Positions 20,188-30,591 are shown, numbered from the stretch's first letter. The stretch: 64,000 nt of DNA from Promethearchaeota archaeon (GCA_011364975.1 RDOE01000003.1:1-64000); one strand, 5' to 3'. Notes: generated by a model from the letters alone, not told the origin. A program made the numbers and translations.

Positions 20188-21774
20188 ATGTCTGTACCAA
20201 TATTAATATTAAAGGAAGGAACAGAAGAAACAAAAGAAAAAGAAGCTCGGATGCAAAACATAAATGCAATAATGGCAATAACCGATACTGTAAAATCAAC
20301 TTTAGGGCCAAAAGGTATGAATAAAATGATCGTGGACTCCGTTGGAGATGTTACGATTACAAATGATGGCGCGGAAATCTTAAAACAACTAGATATTGAA
20401 AATGTGGCTGCTAATATGATGGTTAATGTAGCAAAATCTATCGATGAAGATATCGGAGATGGTACAACCACAGCTGTAATCTTTTCAGCTGCATTATTAA
20501 GTAACGCTTTGGAATTGATAGAACAAGATGTTCACCCCAAACCTATCACCCATGGTTACAAATTAGCAGCAGATAAAGCATTGGAACTGGTTAATCAATT
20601 AGCTATAAAAGTATCAAAAGACGATGAAAACATTTTTAGAAATGTTGCCAAAACAGCGATGAATTCTAAAGATATAGTCGGTATTAAAGACTTTTTTGCG
20701 AATCTAGCGTATGATGCTATAAAACATATTAGAGATGAGGATGGAAATACTTTTTCAAAAGTTGCAAATGTAAAAATTGTCAAAGCTCCTGGAAAATCTC
20801 TTAAAGATACAGAATTAATTAACGGAGTTTATATTGAGAAAGAAAAAGTAGATTCTGGGATGCCTGATGTGTTAAAAAATGCTAAAATTGCAGTGATCCG
20901 GAGAAAGTTAGATGTAGTAAAAACTGAATTTGATGCTCAAATTAGAATTTCGAATCCAGAAGATATACAGAAGTTTTTGGATCAAGAAGATAAAATGCTC
21001 CAAAAACACCTCTCTAAATTCAAGGAATTGGGCGTAAATATGATTGTAAATAGTCAAGACATCTCAGATAAATTTGGAGCTTATTTAGCACGTGAAGGAA
21101 TAGCAGCAATAAAGAATCTCGGAGACAATGATATAAAGGCAGTCTCTAAAGCTACAGGAGCAACCAGAGTAGATGATATTAGTTCATTAAGCGCCAACGA
21201 TTTAGGCTATGCCGAGACTATCAAATTTCATAAGCTTGAAAAGAATGATTATACTTTATTTACAGGATGTAAAAATCCAAAATCGGTATCAATTCTTCTG
21301 AAAGGTGGGTTAGAGAAGGTTTTAAACTCTGCTGAAATAAGTTTACATGATGTGTTATGTGTAATCGCGAAAGTCATGGATACTGAAAGCGTTATAGCCG
21401 GAGGAGGCGCAATATATATAGAAATTGCTAAGAAGTTACGAGATTATGCTAATAAAATAAGTGGTAAAGAACAACTTGCCATAAACGCGTTTGCGCTTGC
21501 ATTAGAGGAAATCCCAAAGACTCTAATTCGAAATGCTGGTTTAGATGAAATTGAAAAAATGACTGAACTACGAGCAGCCCATAAGACTGATACAGATAAA
21601 TGGATGGGCATCGATACCATTAATAACGAGATAAGTGATAATTTTAAGAAAGGGATCGTCGAACCTGCTGCTTTAATTAATCATGTTATCAAAGCTGGAA
21701 GCGAATTAGCTAATTTAATATTGAGAGTAGACCGAATTATTAGTGCTAAAGGTTCTAAGTCTAAAGAAATGTAA
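20188..21774 (+). CDS. ths: thermosome (group II chaperonin) subunit
   Basis: PILILKEG, TLGPKGM, TNDGA, GDGTTTA, GGGA, LRVD; start placed at MSVPIL. Confidence 0.96.
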   Translation: MSVPILILKEGTEETKEKEARMQNINAIMAITDTVKSTLGPKGMNKMIVDSVGDVTITNDGAEILKQLDIENVAANMMVNVAKSIDEDIGDGTTTAVIFSAALLSNALELIEQDVHPKPITHGYKLAADKALELVNQLAIKVSKDDENIFRNVAKTAMNSKDIVGIKDFFANLAYDAIKHIRDEDGNTFSKVANVKIVKAPGKSLKDTELINGVYIEKEKVDSGMPDVLKNAKIAVIRRKLDVVKTEFDAQIRISNPEDIQKFLDQEDKMLQKHLSKFKELGVNMIVNSQDISDKFGAYLAREGIAAIKNLGDNDIKAVSKATGATRVDDISSLSANDLGYAETIKFHKLEKNDYTLFTGCKNPKSVSILLKGGLEKVLNSAEISLHDVLCVIAKVMDTESVIAGGGAIYIEIAKKLRDYANKISGKEQLAINAFALALEEIPKTLIRNAGLDEIEKMTELRAAHKTDTDKWMGIDTINNEISDNFKKGIVEPAALINHVIKAGSELANLILRVDRIISAKGSKSKEM

Positions 21775-21909
21775 TTTTTTATTAATTTTTTCTATTTTTT
21801 TTTACCTCTATTAAATATTTTAAAGATTTTATCTTCTTTAATAAGGTTTAAAATGATTATAAAACTCTTTATCCTATTGAGATTGAAAGCTTTTTATTTT
21901 CTATAACAA

Positions 21910-23823
21910 TTGAGTGAAATGGATATTTCTAGAGAATTATTAAGATATGTGGATGTGGGTTTATTATCCCGCAGTGATTTTGAGAAATTATTAGAATTGA
22001 AAAATGAGCATGTATTAAAGATAATTACTCAATTCGTTGATTTATGCTCCCCAAATAAACTTACAGTGATTTCTGATGCACAAGATGATATAGAGTATGT
22101 AAGAAACATGGCTATCATAAATAGAGAAGAAATTGAGCTGGCCTTGGCTGGTCATACTGTTCATTACGACGGTTTCTTTACTATGTCAAATCACGATCAA
22201 GCAAGAGATAAAAACAATACACAAGTACTTATTCCAAAAGAAGAACAGGGCAAATATCCTTGGATTAATACTATGGAAAGAGAACAAGGATTAAAAGAGA
22301 TATTTGAGATTATGAAAGGATGTATGAAAGATCATGAATGTATCGTACGTTTCTTTTGTTTAGGTCCGAAAGGATCCCGATTTTCTATTCTAGCCCTTCA
22401 ATTAACGGATTCGTTTTATGTAGCACATAGTGAGGATCTTCTATATCGGGAAGGATATGAAGAATTTAAAAGATTAAAAGGATCCAACGATTTTTTTTAT
22501 TTTATCCATTCTTCTGGAGAATTAATAGGGAATCCTCCAGTTACTAAGAACTTAGAAAAAAGAAGAATCTATATTGATTTACAAGAAGGCCGAGTTCTAA
22601 CGGTTAATAATCAATATGCTGGTAATTCCCTTGGTCTTAAAAAACTAGCATTGAGATTAGGTATTTATAAAGCTAATAATGAAGATTGGCTAACAGAGCA
22701 TTATTTTATAATGGGATTGCATCCTAGGGGAAAAAGTAGAACAACATATGCTTGCGGAGCATATCCTAGTGCATGTGGTAAAACATCTACAGCAATGTTA
22801 CCAGGACAAACAATAATTGGAGATGATATTGCGTATATTAGAAAATGGGAAGATGGATATTGTCATGGAGTAAATATTGAGCATGGGATATTTGGAATTA
22901 TAAAAGATGTTAATTTGCAAGATGATCCTGAAATCTTTAAAGCACTGACTTCTCCTAGAGAAACTATTTTTTCAAATGTATTGATAAAAGATAATGTTCC
23001 TTATTGGTTAGGTGATGGAAGAAAACATCCAGAAACCGGTTTTAATTTTTCTGGTGATTGGTATCATGGAAAAGAAGACATTGATGGAATCGAAATTCCT
23101 CTAGCACATCCAAATGCTCGTTATACAATAAGAATAAGCGAGCTTCCTAATGCAAATCCAAATTTGAATGCTTCTAATGGAGTTCCTATCCATTTGATAT
23201 TCTATGGTGGAAGAGATTCTGATACTATGCCCCCTATTATAGAAAGTTTTAATTGGGAACATGGTGTTTATTTAGGAGCAACCATCGAATCTGAAACAAC
23301 TTCAGCTACTATTGGAAAAGAAGGTGTTAGAACCATGCAACCAATGGCGAATTTGGATTTTCTAGTGGTAAGTATGGGAAGGTATTTAAAAAATCATCAA
23401 GTTTTTGGCAAAAATTTAAAATATCCGCCTAAAGTCTTTACTACAAATTACTTTTTGAAGAATGAAAAAGGTAAATATCTAAATGGTATCCTTGATAAAT
23501 TAGTTTGGGTAATGTGGGCAGAATTAAGAGTTCATAATGACATTACAGCTATTGAAACTCCAATTGGATATATCCCATTATATTCAGATTTAAAGTTTCT
23601 CTTCAGGGAATATCTTAACAAGGATTATTCTAAAGAAGAATACACGCAACAATTTTCTTTAAGGATAACTAAATTATTATCAAAACTAGATAGAGTTGAA
23701 AAAATGTATAGCAGGGAAGAAAATATACCTGATTTCTTCTGGAATACACTAATGCAACAGAGAAAGAAACTTAATTTCTTGAAGAGTGAAAAAGGAGATA
23801 TAATCTCTCCTTTAGACCTATAA
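21910..23823 (+). CDS. pckG: phosphoenolpyruvate carboxykinase (GTP)
   Basis: YAGNSLGLKK, PSACGKTS, GDDIAY, HPNARY, YGGRDSD. Confidence 0.96.
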   Translation: MSEMDISRELLRYVDVGLLSRSDFEKLLELKNEHVLKIITQFVDLCSPNKLTVISDAQDDIEYVRNMAIINREEIELALAGHTVHYDGFFTMSNHDQARDKNNTQVLIPKEEQGKYPWINTMEREQGLKEIFEIMKGCMKDHECIVRFFCLGPKGSRFSILALQLTDSFYVAHSEDLLYREGYEEFKRLKGSNDFFYFIHSSGELIGNPPVTKNLEKRRIYIDLQEGRVLTVNNQYAGNSLGLKKLALRLGIYKANNEDWLTEHYFIMGLHPRGKSRTTYACGAYPSACGKTSTAMLPGQTIIGDDIAYIRKWEDGYCHGVNIEHGIFGIIKDVNLQDDPEIFKALTSPRETIFSNVLIKDNVPYWLGDGRKHPETGFNFSGDWYHGKEDIDGIEIPLAHPNARYTIRISELPNANPNLNASNGVPIHLIFYGGRDSDTMPPIIESFNWEHGVYLGATIESETTSATIGKEGVRTMQPMANLDFLVVSMGRYLKNHQVFGKNLKYPPKVFTTNYFLKNEKGKYLNGILDKLVWVMWAELRVHNDITAIETPIGYIPLYSDLKFLFREYLNKDYSKEEYTQQFSLRITKLLSKLDRVEKMYSREENIPDFFWNTLMQQRKKLNFLKSEKGDIISPLDL

Positions 23824-23896
23824 ATTAAAATTTTTTAATTATAATCCAAAGGTTTTTTTAAAAATATTAATTAAGATTTTAAAAAAGATTGATGAG

Positions 23897-24544
23897 ATGA
23901 AAAATATGGCTTCAACTGGTGGAATAACTTATTCTGTTGCAGAATTTAACACTATTGTTACTATGTTAGGTTGTTTATGTGCTACAGTACAACTTTACAC
24001 AGGGTGGTATAGTGCTTATTATAAGAAAAAAATAGCGCTAATTAAAACGAATGACATCTTATTTCGAACACATAGGGCATTTGGAGGATTTGCTACAACC
24101 CTTTACTTTCTTGGTTTATTTGCAGGATTAACTGGATTTATTGGTGCTTTAATTTTTAATATTCCTCCTTTTGAAGGTACAGATTTAAGTTTTATGGTTC
24201 ATGTATGGCCAAGTTTTGCAGTAATGATTGTAATAATTTGGAAAACCTATATTTCCTATTTTCGGAAACCTTCCATCTATAAGAAAGGAAAGTGGTTAGG
24301 GATCGCAACATTTCTTGCTTGGGCATTTACTTGGATTTCATCTGCTTTCTCATATTATTTAAGAACTTTACCCTCAAACCCCCAACATCCTTCTCCAACA
24401 TATTTGCTACCATTTGATCTATTATGGCTTCAAATATTAATCCCATTTTTAATAGGAACGTTGATTAGTTACTTTGTACTACAGACTGCACATAAATTAG
24501 AATTAAGAAAAGAACAAAGTTCTATGAAAAAAGCTGAAAAATAA
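23897..24544 (+). CDS. multi-TM membrane protein, possibly cytochrome b-like
   Basis: about 5 hydrophobic helices with intramembrane-type His in RTHRAFG and MVHVWP. Confidence 0.55.
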   Translation: MKNMASTGGITYSVAEFNTIVTMLGCLCATVQLYTGWYSAYYKKKIALIKTNDILFRTHRAFGGFATTLYFLGLFAGLTGFIGALIFNIPPFEGTDLSFMVHVWPSFAVMIVIIWKTYISYFRKPSIYKKGKWLGIATFLAWAFTWISSAFSYYLRTLPSNPQHPSPTYLLPFDLLWLQILIPFLIGTLISYFVLQTAHKLELRKEQSSMKKAEK

Positions 24545-24545
24545 T

Positions 24546-25226
24546 TTATGCTAAAAATTTAAGGCCATCTTTTACTTTATAAGTACGATTAAAACGATCT
24601 ACTTCAATAAACCTTTTAATTTCAAGATTATTTAAGAGATCTCTCATTTCAATAGAACTTTTATTTAACTTCTCGGAAAGGCCTTCTATATCATTTTCAT
24701 AATTACGTAATACTACTAGTAGTGAAGAATAATTATCATATATTTGATTAACCAAATACTTTAACGATTCTTGTAGATTCTCACCAGTTCGGGTACTCGT
24801 TGGGAAGACCATTACATCATCTTTTAAATAATTCTGGGACCTAATTATCTCTGGATGGCGTGCCCCGGCTAAATCTTGTTTATTTGCAAGATATACAATT
24901 GGAGTCTCAGGTTCAATAGCTTTCCTAATCGCATTTAAAATTATTATTGCATCTTCATCCTTTTCTGGATGCACCGCATCGAAAATAAAAATAACCCCAT
25001 CAGTTCCTCTGATTAGCACGTCTCTCATGACGTTAAATCTTAATAATCCTGGAGTACCAAAAAGAAAGACATCAAACCCATTTAATTTAACACAACCGAG
25101 ATCCATACCAACGGTATAGTATTTGTTATCTCTTGCTTTGGCTTCTACATTTAACGCTTTATCATCAAGATATTTAATAAAACTTGATTTACCAGCTTGC
25201 AAAGCCCCGCTCACAACAATTTTCAA
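24546..25226 (-). CDS. small GTPase (MglA/ATP_bind_1-like) with C-terminal wHTH
   Basis: GALQAGKSS, TVGMDLG, LFGTPG (G3 without Asp), ANKQD; C-terminal LNNLEIKRFI..D....Y wing. Confidence 0.85.
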   Translation of the reverse strand: MKIVVSGALQAGKSSFIKYLDDKALNVEAKARDNKYYTVGMDLGCVKLNGFDVFLFGTPGLLRFNVMRDVLIRGTDGVIFIFDAVHPEKDEDAIIILNAIRKAIEPETPIVYLANKQDLAGARHPEIIRSQNYLKDDVMVFPTSTRTGENLQESLKYLVNQIYDNYSSLLVVLRNYENDIEGLSEKLNKSSIEMRDLLNNLEIKRFIEVDRFNRTYKVKDGLKFLA

Positions 25227-25521
25227 TGTAAAGACCTCTTTAATTAATTTCGTCGGATTCTAATTGTATTATATGGCTTATTATTAAATTATTAACTTAA
25301 TTTGTTTTATTATTATGATTAATATTTGGATAATATCAATTCCTAAATTTAAAAATAAGCTCTGACAATTTTGTTTTCTTTTTACGTACGACAAAAGATT
25401 GTTAGCGGTTGTGTGTACAAATCTTAATTTTTAAGTTTTAATGCTTAGAAATAAACATTTCTGACAAGAACATAATAAATGAGAAAATTCTTTTGAAATG
25501 TATTTTTTTTTAGCTTTAATA

Positions 25522-26184
25522 ATGGATAATTTAGAAAATCAATACCAAGATATCATAAAGCATTTTCCTAATGTTAAGCTTAATAATAATTTAATATCTC
25601 ATCTTTCAATTACCATAAAGAATGGAAACATTTTGGAAATTGATTATAGAAATTTTCCCAAAAAACCTAAAGTTAAACTACTCAATCAAAAGGGGGAGGT
25701 ATATAGAAAACTTGATAGGGTGATTTATTCCTTAAATACTTGGAAATCAAATCATCCTAAAAAAATCTCAGAAATAATCAATGAAATCATAATTTTTATT
25801 AACAATTTGGAATCTAACACTATTTTAATAAAAGCTGAATTATTAGAGGGAATTTTGCGTTTATGTCATGAACATCATCCAAGAGAAATCTTAGGAATTT
25901 TGAAAACGGAAAAAAATATTTTTACTGAATTCATTTTGCCTCCAGGCACACTTACTTCAAATACATCTGGGATATATTCTTCCTCTAGACTGCCATTAGA
26001 TAATTTTTATCAGGCAAGTGTTCATTCACATCCTTCTGGAAATCTTCGTCCCTCACCACAAGATTTAGGGGATATTTTTAAAAAGTTCAAATGTCATTTC
26101 ATAATAGGATTCCCTTATGGACCAAAAAATATAAGATGTTATGATAAAAATGGAAAAATACTAAACATTAAAGTTATAAAATAA
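25522..26184 (+). CDS. JAB/MPN+ (JAMM) metalloprotease with N-terminal UBC/UEV/RWD-like domain
   Basis: HPREILGIL and SVHSHPSGNLRPSPQD (E...HxH...S..D); N-terminal NFPKKPKV ... W..NHP..I..II.EI; start placed at MDNLEN. Confidence 0.8.
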   Translation: MDNLENQYQDIIKHFPNVKLNNNLISHLSITIKNGNILEIDYRNFPKKPKVKLLNQKGEVYRKLDRVIYSLNTWKSNHPKKISEIINEIIIFINNLESNTILIKAELLEGILRLCHEHHPREILGILKTEKNIFTEFILPPGTLTSNTSGIYSSSRLPLDNFYQASVHSHPSGNLRPSPQDLGDIFKKFKCHFIIGFPYGPKNIRCYDKNGKILNIKVIK

Positions 26185-26556
26185 TCCAACAGTAAGAAAT
26201 AATGCCAATTTTATTCTTTCTTATAAAGAATAAATTTTATTTTATCTCTATTAACAACGAAATTTTACTAAAATGAAAAAGTTATTTTTTTCAATTTTTT
26301 TTACCTTTTAAGATGAAAACTCAGTAATTATATTGTTTAATCTGATCTATATAGTAACTTTTAATGACATTTTTATGCTAAAAATTAACATAATCCGTCA
26401 TTTCAATAAATTTTAAATACTCTTTTAGGATTAGTTTACATTATAAAAGATATTATTACTAGATTTAACAATATACTTTTTTTTTAATTGTTAATTCTTA
26501 ACTCATGTAAATTTTTTAATAAAAATCAAACATAAATTTTTGAATTCAGAAAGAAA

Positions 26557-29500
26557 ATGTCGGAAAATAAGTTAAGTTCAATAATGATTATAGGAGCAGG
26601 TATTTCGGGGATTGAAGCAAGTTTATCGTTGGCAGAACAAGGTTATAAAGTGATACTTGTAGAAAGAACCTCCTCAGTTGGAGGTAGAATGGCACAACTA
26701 GACAAAACATTTCCTACTTTGGATTGTTCTATATGTATTCTCGCACCAAAAATGGTTGAAAGTAGTAGACATCCTAATATCGAACTTCTTCCTTATTCTG
26801 AAGTGGAAGAAATCAATGGTGAAGCAGGCAAATTTACCGTTAAAATAAAGAAGAAGGCTAAATACGTGAATTGGGATGTTTGCACTGGTTGTGGAGCCTG
26901 TAGTGAAAAATGCCCTATGAAAAAAATACCTTCCGAATTTGAAGAATCTATGGGAAATCGTACAGCAATATATATTCCATTTCCTCAAGCAGTTCCACGT
27001 AAAGCAGTGATAGATGCTAAAAAGTGTCTTTATCTAACGAAGGGAGCCTGTCAATTATGTGAAAAAGAATGTGAAGCTGGAGCGATAAATTGGGAGGATA
27101 AAGATGAATTAAAAACCTATGACGTTGCTTCTATTATCGTTGCTACTGGGTATGATCAACTTAATCCTTCTGTAATAGATAGATATCATTTTGAAGAATA
27201 TCCAAACGTTATAACTGCCATGCAATATGAGAGATTATTGAGTGCATCGGGCCCTACTGGAGGAGAACTAATACGTCCATCTGATAAAAAACATGCTCAT
27301 AATATAGCTTTTGTTGCATGTGTTGGATCTCGTAATGAGGATCTATGTGCATATTGTTCTAAATTTTGTTGCATGTATATGGCAAAAGAAGGAGTGGTAA
27401 CGAGAGAACATGCTCCAGAAACAGATGTACATATTTATTTCAATGATATTCGCGTTATTGGAAAAAATCAAGAAGAATTTATAGAGAGAGCAAAAGAAGA
27501 ATATGATTTACATTATCATCATGGAATCCCGGGGGATGTAAGAGAAAATCCGGAAAATCATAATTTGTACGTTAAATCAGCTAATTTAGATACAGGAGAA
27601 GTTGAAACAAGAGAATTTGACCTTGTAGTGTTAGCAAATGCCGTAAAACCAAGAGAAGATGCCGAACAGTTAGCTAAAATACTGGGAATTGAACGAAATG
27701 AATTAGGTTTTTTCAAAACAGATAATTCTACGGAAGACCTAAAATCTACTCGTGAGGGCATCTTCGTAACAGGATCATGTCAATCTCCTGATGATATTGC
27801 AAATTCTGTGGCTAAAGCAGGTGGAGCTGCAGCATTAGCTGCTACATATGCCGTTCCGTTAAGTGCGGAAGAGACTAAAGTAGAACTCCCACCATTAAGA
27901 GAAGTAAAACCTAGTGATGCACCTAAGATAGGTGTGTTCATATGTAGATGCGGGATAAACATCGGAGGATATATGGACATTCCCAATTTAGTTGATTATG
28001 CTAAGTCATTACCTCACGTTGCCTTTGCGATGGAAAACAAATATAGTTGTTCCCAATTAACACAAGATATTATTAAAGAAAAGATATCCGAGCTAGATTT
28101 GAATAGGGTTGTTGTTGCGGCATGTACTCCACGAACCCATGAACCGTTATTCCAGAAAACTATCAGGGAGGCAGGACTAAACGAATATTTATTCAATTTT
28201 GTCAGTATTCGTGAATTAGATTCATGGGTACATATGCATGACAATCCTAGAGCTACAGATAAAGCGAAAGACCTTATTAGAATGGGTGTTGCTCGAGTAA
28301 GTAATCAAAAACCAGAGTATAAAATTAAAGGAAAGGTCGTTCCAGAGGCTCTGGTGGTAGGTGGAGGAATCTCAGGAATAAGTGCCGCAATTGAAATTGC
28401 AAATAAAGGCTTTAAAGTGCATCTTGTTGAACAAACCGATAAATTAGGGGGTCAATTAAATTTAATCTACAAAATCAATTTTGACCGTATTGATTCAAAA
28501 CAATTCTTAGAAGGAACATTAAAGCAATATAATCAAATGAAGAACATCATCACTTACTTAAATTCGAATGTCTTGGATGTTAAAGGATCCATTGGAGATT
28601 TTAAAGTTAAAGTCAAAAATAAAATTGAAAACAAAGAATTCGATTTAAATGTGGGTACAATTATCACTGCGACAGGTGCTTATGAATATAAGCCCAAAGG
28701 GTGGTACCATTATGGAGAGAATGAGAATGTAATGACTCAATTAGAACTTTCAGAAAAGCTAAGAAAAAATGAGCTAAAAGATGGTGAGACGTTTGTTTTC
28801 ATACATTGTGTTGGGTCTAGACAACCAGAAGGTGGTAACGGAGTAACATATTGTTCCTTAATCTGCTGTTCTGAATCGATCAGACATGCTTTATATGTTA
28901 AAGAGAATTACCCTAATTCAAATCTTTACGTATTATATCGAGATATTCGCGTAGGAACAGACGAAGAACCTTATTACTGGAAAGCTCGGGAAAATATTAA
29001 CTATATACGATTTAATGATTATCCCACTGTTGATATCAAAAATGGAAAACTAATGGTAAATGTAAAAGATATATTAACACAAGTCGATCTTAATATTGAA
29101 GCAGATAAAGTAATATTATCCACTCCATTAATTCCAAATGACACCCAAAAGTTAGGAGAGATGATCAAATGTGCAAGAGACCAAAACGGGTTTTTCTTAG
29201 AAGCACATATTAAATTGCGACCTGTTGATTTTGCAACAGACGGAATATATTTATCAGGTACCTGCCATGGCCCAAAAGGAATCGCAGATTCTATTTCTCA
29301 AGGACGAGCCGCTGCAGCGCATGCGTTAATTCCCCTAATTTCAGGAGAAGTTGAAAATGAACCACTAGTATCAGTTGTAAACTCTGCATTATGCATTGCA
29401 TGTCAGAAGTGTGAAGAAGTGTGTAATTTTGGTGCTATTGGAGTCAACTTTGATAACGAAATATTAGTATCTGAATCTAATCCATTACTTTGTAAAGGTT

Positions 29501-30054
29501 GTGGAGATTGTGCTGCCGCTTGTCCTGCAGGAGCAATTACTATGAGTCATTTTGCTGATGAGCAAATTACTCCCATGATCCGGGAAGCTGTAAAAGGTGA
29601 TTTTGTTGATGAAAGACCTCGTATTGTAGCGTTCTTATGCAATTGGTGTAGTTATGCCGGAGCCGATACTTGTGGAGTAAGTAGGTTTCAATATCCTACC
29701 AATATAAGACCCATCAGAGTCATGTGTACAGGTAGAATTCCAAAAAGTTTCATTTTACAGGCATTTCTGGAAGGTGCAGACGGTGTTTTTGTTGGGGGTT
29801 GTCATATTGGCGATTGTCATTATTTAGAAGGGAATTATGATATGTTAAGACGATATAATGAAGTTCATGAAATCTTAGAAAAGGTAGGAATTAATCGAGA
29901 GAGATATCGATTAGAATGGGTTTCAGCAAGTGAGGGAAAGCGATTTTCTCAAGTTGTTACTGAGTTTGTAGATAAAGTAAAAGAGTTAGGTCCTATGCCA
30001 AAAACAGGAGATAGAATTGAACCTAAAAAAGAAAAAGTTAAGGAGAGTGCATAA
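26557..30054 (+). CDS. hdrA: large heterodisulfide reductase subunit A (two FAD modules) fused to MvhD
   Basis: GAGISG...GGRMAQLDKTFPTLDCS, ferredoxin CxxCxxCxxxCP motifs, IGVFICRCG, second GGGISG, EAHIKLRPVD, C-terminal FLCNWCSYAGAD...RVMCTGR...GCHIGDCHY (MvhD). Confidence 0.95.
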   Translation: MSENKLSSIMIIGAGISGIEASLSLAEQGYKVILVERTSSVGGRMAQLDKTFPTLDCSICILAPKMVESSRHPNIELLPYSEVEEINGEAGKFTVKIKKKAKYVNWDVCTGCGACSEKCPMKKIPSEFEESMGNRTAIYIPFPQAVPRKAVIDAKKCLYLTKGACQLCEKECEAGAINWEDKDELKTYDVASIIVATGYDQLNPSVIDRYHFEEYPNVITAMQYERLLSASGPTGGELIRPSDKKHAHNIAFVACVGSRNEDLCAYCSKFCCMYMAKEGVVTREHAPETDVHIYFNDIRVIGKNQEEFIERAKEEYDLHYHHGIPGDVRENPENHNLYVKSANLDTGEVETREFDLVVLANAVKPREDAEQLAKILGIERNELGFFKTDNSTEDLKSTREGIFVTGSCQSPDDIANSVAKAGGAAALAATYAVPLSAEETKVELPPLREVKPSDAPKIGVFICRCGINIGGYMDIPNLVDYAKSLPHVAFAMENKYSCSQLTQDIIKEKISELDLNRVVVAACTPRTHEPLFQKTIREAGLNEYLFNFVSIRELDSWVHMHDNPRATDKAKDLIRMGVARVSNQKPEYKIKGKVVPEALVVGGGISGISAAIEIANKGFKVHLVEQTDKLGGQLNLIYKINFDRIDSKQFLEGTLKQYNQMKNIITYLNSNVLDVKGSIGDFKVKVKNKIENKEFDLNVGTIITATGAYEYKPKGWYHYGENENVMTQLELSEKLRKNELKDGETFVFIHCVGSRQPEGGNGVTYCSLICCSESIRHALYVKENYPNSNLYVLYRDIRVGTDEEPYYWKARENINYIRFNDYPTVDIKNGKLMVNVKDILTQVDLNIEADKVILSTPLIPNDTQKLGEMIKCARDQNGFFLEAHIKLRPVDFATDGIYLSGTCHGPKGIADSISQGRAAAAHALIPLISGEVENEPLVSVVNSALCIACQKCEEVCNFGAIGVNFDNEILVSESNPLLCKGCGDCAAACPAGAITMSHFADEQITPMIREAVKGDFVDERPRIVAFLCNWCSYAGADTCGVSRFQYPTNIRPIRVMCTGRIPKSFILQAFLEGADGVFVGGCHIGDCHYLEGNYDMLRRYNEVHEILEKVGINRERYRLEWVSASEGKRFSQVVTEFVDKVKELGPMPKTGDRIEPKKEKVKESA

Positions 30055-30057
30055 AAA

Positions 30058-30591
30058 GTGACTGAGATGTTAAAGAAAAATGCGGATAATTTAGATCATT
30101 CATTTAGATATGAAATAAGTGCAAAAGTTGGGGCTAAATCACTTCTTAAATGCATTCAGTGCGGTGTTTGTAGTAGTGGTTGTACTGTGACTGAATATGT
30201 AGACTTACAACCCCATAGAGTCGTTGCTTCGTGTCTTTTAGGCTTAAAAGAGGAAGTGTTATCCAGTAATGCAATTTGGACTTGTTCATTGTGCCATAGA
30301 TGTACTGAGAGATGCCCTAAAAACGTTGATTATTCCTTTATTTTAGCGTTATTAAGAAATTTGGCAGTAAAGGAAGGAAAAATTCCGAAAGAATACTCAA
30401 GTACTGTGGTCACTATCTATAATAATGGATATGTTGTTCCATATACGGGGGGATTGAAAGATAATATTGATAGACGACGAGGAAAAATGGGATTACCAGA
30501 ATTAGTCCCCCCGGACCTCAAAGAGATTCAATTTATAATTGAAGAAACAGGTCTTGGGGCTCTTGCAAAAGAAAAGGAGGATGATAAATAA
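30058..30591 (+). CDS. hdrC: heterodisulfide reductase subunit C
   Basis: CIQCGVCSSGC and IWTCSLCHRCTERCP, LRNLA. Confidence 0.93.
   Translation: MTEMLKKNADNLDHSFRYEISAKVGAKSLLKCIQCGVCSSGCTVTEYVDLQPHRVVASCLLGLKEEVLSSNAIWTCSLCHRCTERCPKNVDYSFILALLRNLAVKEGKIPKEYSSTVVTIYNNGYVVPYTGGLKDNIDRRRGKMGLPELVPPDLKEIQFIIEETGLGALAKEKEDDK

Noticed and set aside
26557-30054. Selenocysteine recoding in HdrA/MvhD (known selenoprotein families in Lokiarchaeia and methanogens)
   Set aside because: The frame is open with Cys at all motif positions and no in-frame TGA; MsrB is also the Cys form; no convincing SECIS seen
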